A stretch of 63,469 nt of DNA, counting the filler, from Sanchytrium tribonematis (taxonomy: Eukaryota), in NCBI GenBank assembly GCA_018985235.1. It is 7 parts of 7 records of this genome, joined end to end, with 100 filler letters (N's around TTAATTAATTAA, not from the genome) between each part and the next. Parts side by side here need not be neighbours in the genome. Positions count along the whole stretch, not along the records: positions 54,542 to 63,469 come from JADGIG010000351.1; 6 more parts are not named here. The stretch is one strand, 5' to 3'. Position numbers and translations under genes: made by a program. The notes below the pieces were generated by a model that worked only from the letters and a program-made list of their open reading frames with translations, did not search any database and was not told the origin of the DNA. Positions 59,804 through 63,469 of the stretch are shown piece after piece; position 1 is the first letter of the stretch, and each line of letters begins with the position of its first letter.

Positions 59804-60611
59804 ATGCTGATTGCCAATGAGAAATGGCAACAAATTGAGGGATTTACCCCTTTTAAACAACCAAAAATGATGACGATTGGGACCATTTGCAGATGGAAAA
59901 ACTGCAATCAAACATTCCAATCCCAAATAGAATGCCATAAACATTCTCGTAAAATCCATTTAATTAAAGAATCTAAAAAATGCGAGTGGCAAGATTGTTC
60001 AGTGGTTTGTAGTTCACGATGCAATTTATCCAACCATTTACTGAGTCATTTCAATATTATTAAAGCCAAATGTGGTAAATGTCAAATCAATTTCAAATGG
60101 AAAGGTATTTTCGATTAATTTAGGTGATTTTAACAAACATGTCAAGAAAGTACATCCAGAAATAGCAGAGAAAGAGTCTATTAATATGGTTAAATCAAAT
60201 AGTGGATTGATTCCACCCCCAATAGAATATTCCAATGATTTGGTGACTGAACAAAATTACCAATCTGTTTTGCCACCCATGCAATTATTAAATAGAGGTA
60301 TCAACGCGCAAAGCCAGCCAGAAAGAGGACGAGTCAAATCTACATATATGCAAGCACAGCAAATAGCTAGAAATAGAGAAATGGATTATCAAAAATATCA
60401 AAGATATCAATTGCCTACCCCTCCATCTCTTTCTATTCCATCCAGTAGGTCCACGACTCCCATAAATCACTCCAATAGCATCCCATATTCCACTACCCAA
60501 CATTTTGACCATTTTGATAATCATTCTAATGAACAATCTAATGAACATTCCAATGCACATTCTGAATTACCCATTAGATCCACTTTGGGGATCAATGATT
60601 TGATTAATTGA
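59804..60611 (+). CDS. Three-finger C2H2 transcription factor, PacC/Rim101-like; two exons (intron 60105-60123)
   Basis: CRWKNC...H, CEWQDC...H, CGKC...FKWK-GDFNKHVKKVH once a 19-nt intron is removed; start approximate. Confidence 0.75.
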
Positions 60612-60724
60612 ATTCAATAAATCACTCAAATCTTCTATTTGGCACGATTTGCCATTTTCAGCCCTATATTTGCCATGGCATTTCAATTTTGCCATTTTTA
60701 AACAGAACATCCCCCCAATTCATC

Positions 60725-61402
60725 ATGTTGTTAGTCTCCATTCTATTGGCATTGAATGAATATATGGCACCTAAACCCACAGATGTACGTGGTCCATGTC
60801 CATTTCTCAATTTATTAAGCAATCACGGCATTTTAAATAGAAGTGGAAGAGATTTAGATTTGGTGAAAATTAAAGAAGCAGTCGTACAAGAAGCCAATGT
60901 AGATGGATTCTTGATTGATCAAGTGTTGAATGTGGTCAAGCCATACGCAGCAGTGAGTGAAGAAGGCGTAGAAACCATCGATTGGTCTGTTTTAGGAAAA
61001 CATGATATTTTAGAATTTGACGTGTCTTTAACCCGTGAGGATGCTGCTGAAGGAGATCCAATCAATTTATCAAAAGCACTTTATGATCAATTGGTCGAAT
61101 TTGCTGAAGATGGCTATTTGACATTGGATGGAATCATCAAAGCTAGAAATAAGCGATTAAATCAATCTAGAATGAGAGATGGATTTGTAGAATTATCAAC
61201 AACTGCTAAAACTGCACATTTTGCAAATTCAGTGTTGATTGCTGGCACACTGGGAAGAGATTACAAGATTAAATTGGAGCATTTAGAAATCTTCTTGTTA
61301 GAGGAAAGATTTCCTGAGGATTGGGAAAGACGTCCTAAAATGTTGGGTAAATTGGAATTTGCAAATAGAGCATTACAATGCTGGAGAGGATATGACCAAT
61401 AA
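60725..61402 (+). CDS. Heme-thiolate peroxidase / unspecific peroxygenase (short type)
   Basis: DVRGPCPFLNLLSNHG proximal Cys motif; LEFDVSLTRED; EERFP. Confidence 0.85.
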   Translation: MLLVSILLALNEYMAPKPTDVRGPCPFLNLLSNHGILNRSGRDLDLVKIKEAVVQEANVDGFLIDQVLNVVKPYAAVSEEGVETIDWSVLGKHDILEFDVSLTREDAAEGDPINLSKALYDQLVEFAEDGYLTLDGIIKARNKRLNQSRMRDGFVELSTTAKTAHFANSVLIAGTLGRDYKIKLEHLEIFLLEERFPEDWERRPKMLGKLEFANRALQCWRGYDQ

Positions 61403-62643
61403 ATATTTCATAGAGTTAACTGTTATTCATTAGATGGAAATATTCCAAATAATTTACCAAATTCACTCACAACATTCAGAATTGACTCGAGTGCATTAAC
61501 TGGTACTATTCGGAATACATTACCATTTAATTTGGAGTTATTCGGTGTTAGTTTTAATCAATTAAGTGGTAATTTACCAATTTTTTCACCCAAATTAAAA
61601 CAAATTTATTTGACATTAAATGCATTAAGTGGTCCAATTCCATTCATGCTTCCAATCAATTTGACACTATTCCAAGCAGATTCCAACAAATTTAATGAGT
61701 CCCTTCCAAATTTCCCAAATTCTTTAAATGTTTTAAATTTGGGCAGTAATTTATTAATTGGGAATATTCCCAAGTTACCAAATGAATTACTACAATTATT
61801 TCTATATGATAATCTACTCTCTGGTTCATTAATGCAAAATTGGCCATTAAAATTGACTTCTTTAAATATAAAATTAAATGACTTAAATGGCACCTTTCCA
61901 TCACAGCCATTAAAACTATGTGATACCATTAATATTAGTTTTAATCGATTTAATGGATGTTTAAATGTCCCATTAATGTGTACATTTTGCACTTTGGCAT
62001 CTAATCAATTTCAAAATTTAATTATTTTCCAAAAACCACAAATTATGAATATAAGAGACAATCAATTTAACAATGTGAGTATAATAGATACGTCAAAATT
62101 GATTGGTTGTCAATTGGATAATAATCCACTGTTGAATGTCATTGGAAATCTCACATTTGCTTCAAAATGCACAAAATCAGGATTATTTGCAGATACGAGT
62201 AATTTTACATGTCCATTGATCTCCAATATAGTTACAACTGATGATTTGACAAAAACTACTGCATCTTTTACGACTGTACAAAGTGAAATGGAGCAGCCAT
62301 CAATTGTCAAAATCAAAACACGTATTTTTTTGATAATTTAGGGCAATTTTTTAATACAAAAGCCATTTCATTTGAATTCGATAGCACCATGTCAACGACG
62401 AAATCAATTGAAACCGACTATCTCGCCACAACCATATCCAAAAAATGGGATCGAACATTTGATACATTTAAACTTCAATTTAATATACTAATTGCTGCTA
62501 AATTAGCTATAAATATCTTAATATTAGGATATGTACTATATAAAACACCATTTGGAAGAAAGACAAAGAAGAGAAAGACGGAATTTAGTGGATATTCTTC
62601 ATATAATATTAAATTGACAAATCCATCAGACATCAGTCACTGA
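61403..62643 (+). pseudogene. Headless LRR receptor-like gene; two exons (intron 62322-62341)
   Basis: LRR frame opens right after the peroxygenase TAA with no ATG, signal or cap; a 20-nt intron joins the TM and KTPF tail. Confidence 0.65.
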
Positions 62644-62792
62644 TGATGTAAATAAGTCAATGGAATGGCCCAGTTGTTATTGAATCTCTTGTTTGTTAAA
62701 ATCAATCAAAAATAAATTAGGATGAAACGCGTTTGCAATCTTATTTTAGACCTCTAAAATCACTATAAAATGGACCACGTCACTTTTATTTT

Positions 62793-63469
62793 ATGTGTCT
62801 GATCAATAGCCATTTACCATTAGAAATCATTCTTAATATTTACGAGTATTTACCATTAAATTTCAATTATTATTTAATTTGCAAATCAGTTTATCAAGAA
62901 TATGCCAATTTAGTATTCTCCAAATTCATATTCATAGAGGGATTAATAGAACATATTAAATATGGATATTTATTAGAAAATCCATTTATCAATTACAATA
63001 CAAAACAATCAATTTCAACGGATTAAATAAATTCCATCATTTAAATGAAATTCACTTTTCAGAGAGTTGTCCATGTGAAAATATATCCGTTCAACAATTC
63101 AAATCCATTCCATTAATTAAAAATGAAGTTGATTTAACATTTTACAATATTCACTCTCAAGTCATTTTATTGATTCCTATTAAGTTCCCTAAATTCAGTC
63201 GATTATCATTTGTATTCACGATTGAATGTGTCAATCATGCAGATATAGATACGGCTATTCAATTAATCCAATCTGTGGGCAGAGATGTTTATATTTATAT
63301 TAATGAGCATATTACCATTCAAAATAGTGATTATAGTGAATTAGAGATGAATATGATAGAGACTAGACAATTTGGAATCCATTTAATAGCCAGAAATGAG
63401 ATGGATTATGAGTTTTATGGCCATTTAATGACAATTCCGTGTTTGAAACCAATTTTATCGAATTTGGAT
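62793..63469 (+). CDS. F-box-like protein, frameshifted near 62960-63020, 3'-partial
   Basis: HLPLEIILNIYEYL; a second frame stays open to the window end. Confidence 0.45.

Noticed and set aside
1156..62316. Numerous short antisense or overlapping ORFs in the ORF track
   Set aside because: They are shadows of real genes on the opposite strand or in another frame and carry no independent motifs.

Overview
Eukaryotic DNA from an AT-rich, extremely gene-dense genome, most consistent with an early-diverging fungus or close relative (a sanchytrid-like parasite is a guess, not shown). The window is not contiguous: seven ~9-kb contigs of decreasing length are joined by 100-nt N-TTAATTAATTAA-N linkers. 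It carries housekeeping genes (PCCA, Mis18, NAXD, REV7, RPLP2, EMC7, condensin Brn1, Vps1, thiolase, APC1, PHF5A/RDS3, SGT1, ABCF, QCR2), signalling proteins (7TM-RGS, LRR-7TM, TKL kinase, C2H2 factors), an expanded family of surface LRR receptor-like proteins, secreted effector-like proteins, and one contig (9127-18122) of nested transposon relics. Highlights: (1) ten ultra-short 19-20 nt GT-AG introns that each restore a reading frame; (2) the only longer intron (88 nt, PHF5A) looks like a host for a box C/D snoRNA; (3) a non-LTR retrotransposon whose APE-RT polyprotein carries a ubiquitin-like domain ending in LGG just before the endonuclease, interrupted by a Tc1 DD34E element; (4) a recurrent TATA...CCCA...ATG micro-promoter; (5) a signal-peptide RING-finger protein.
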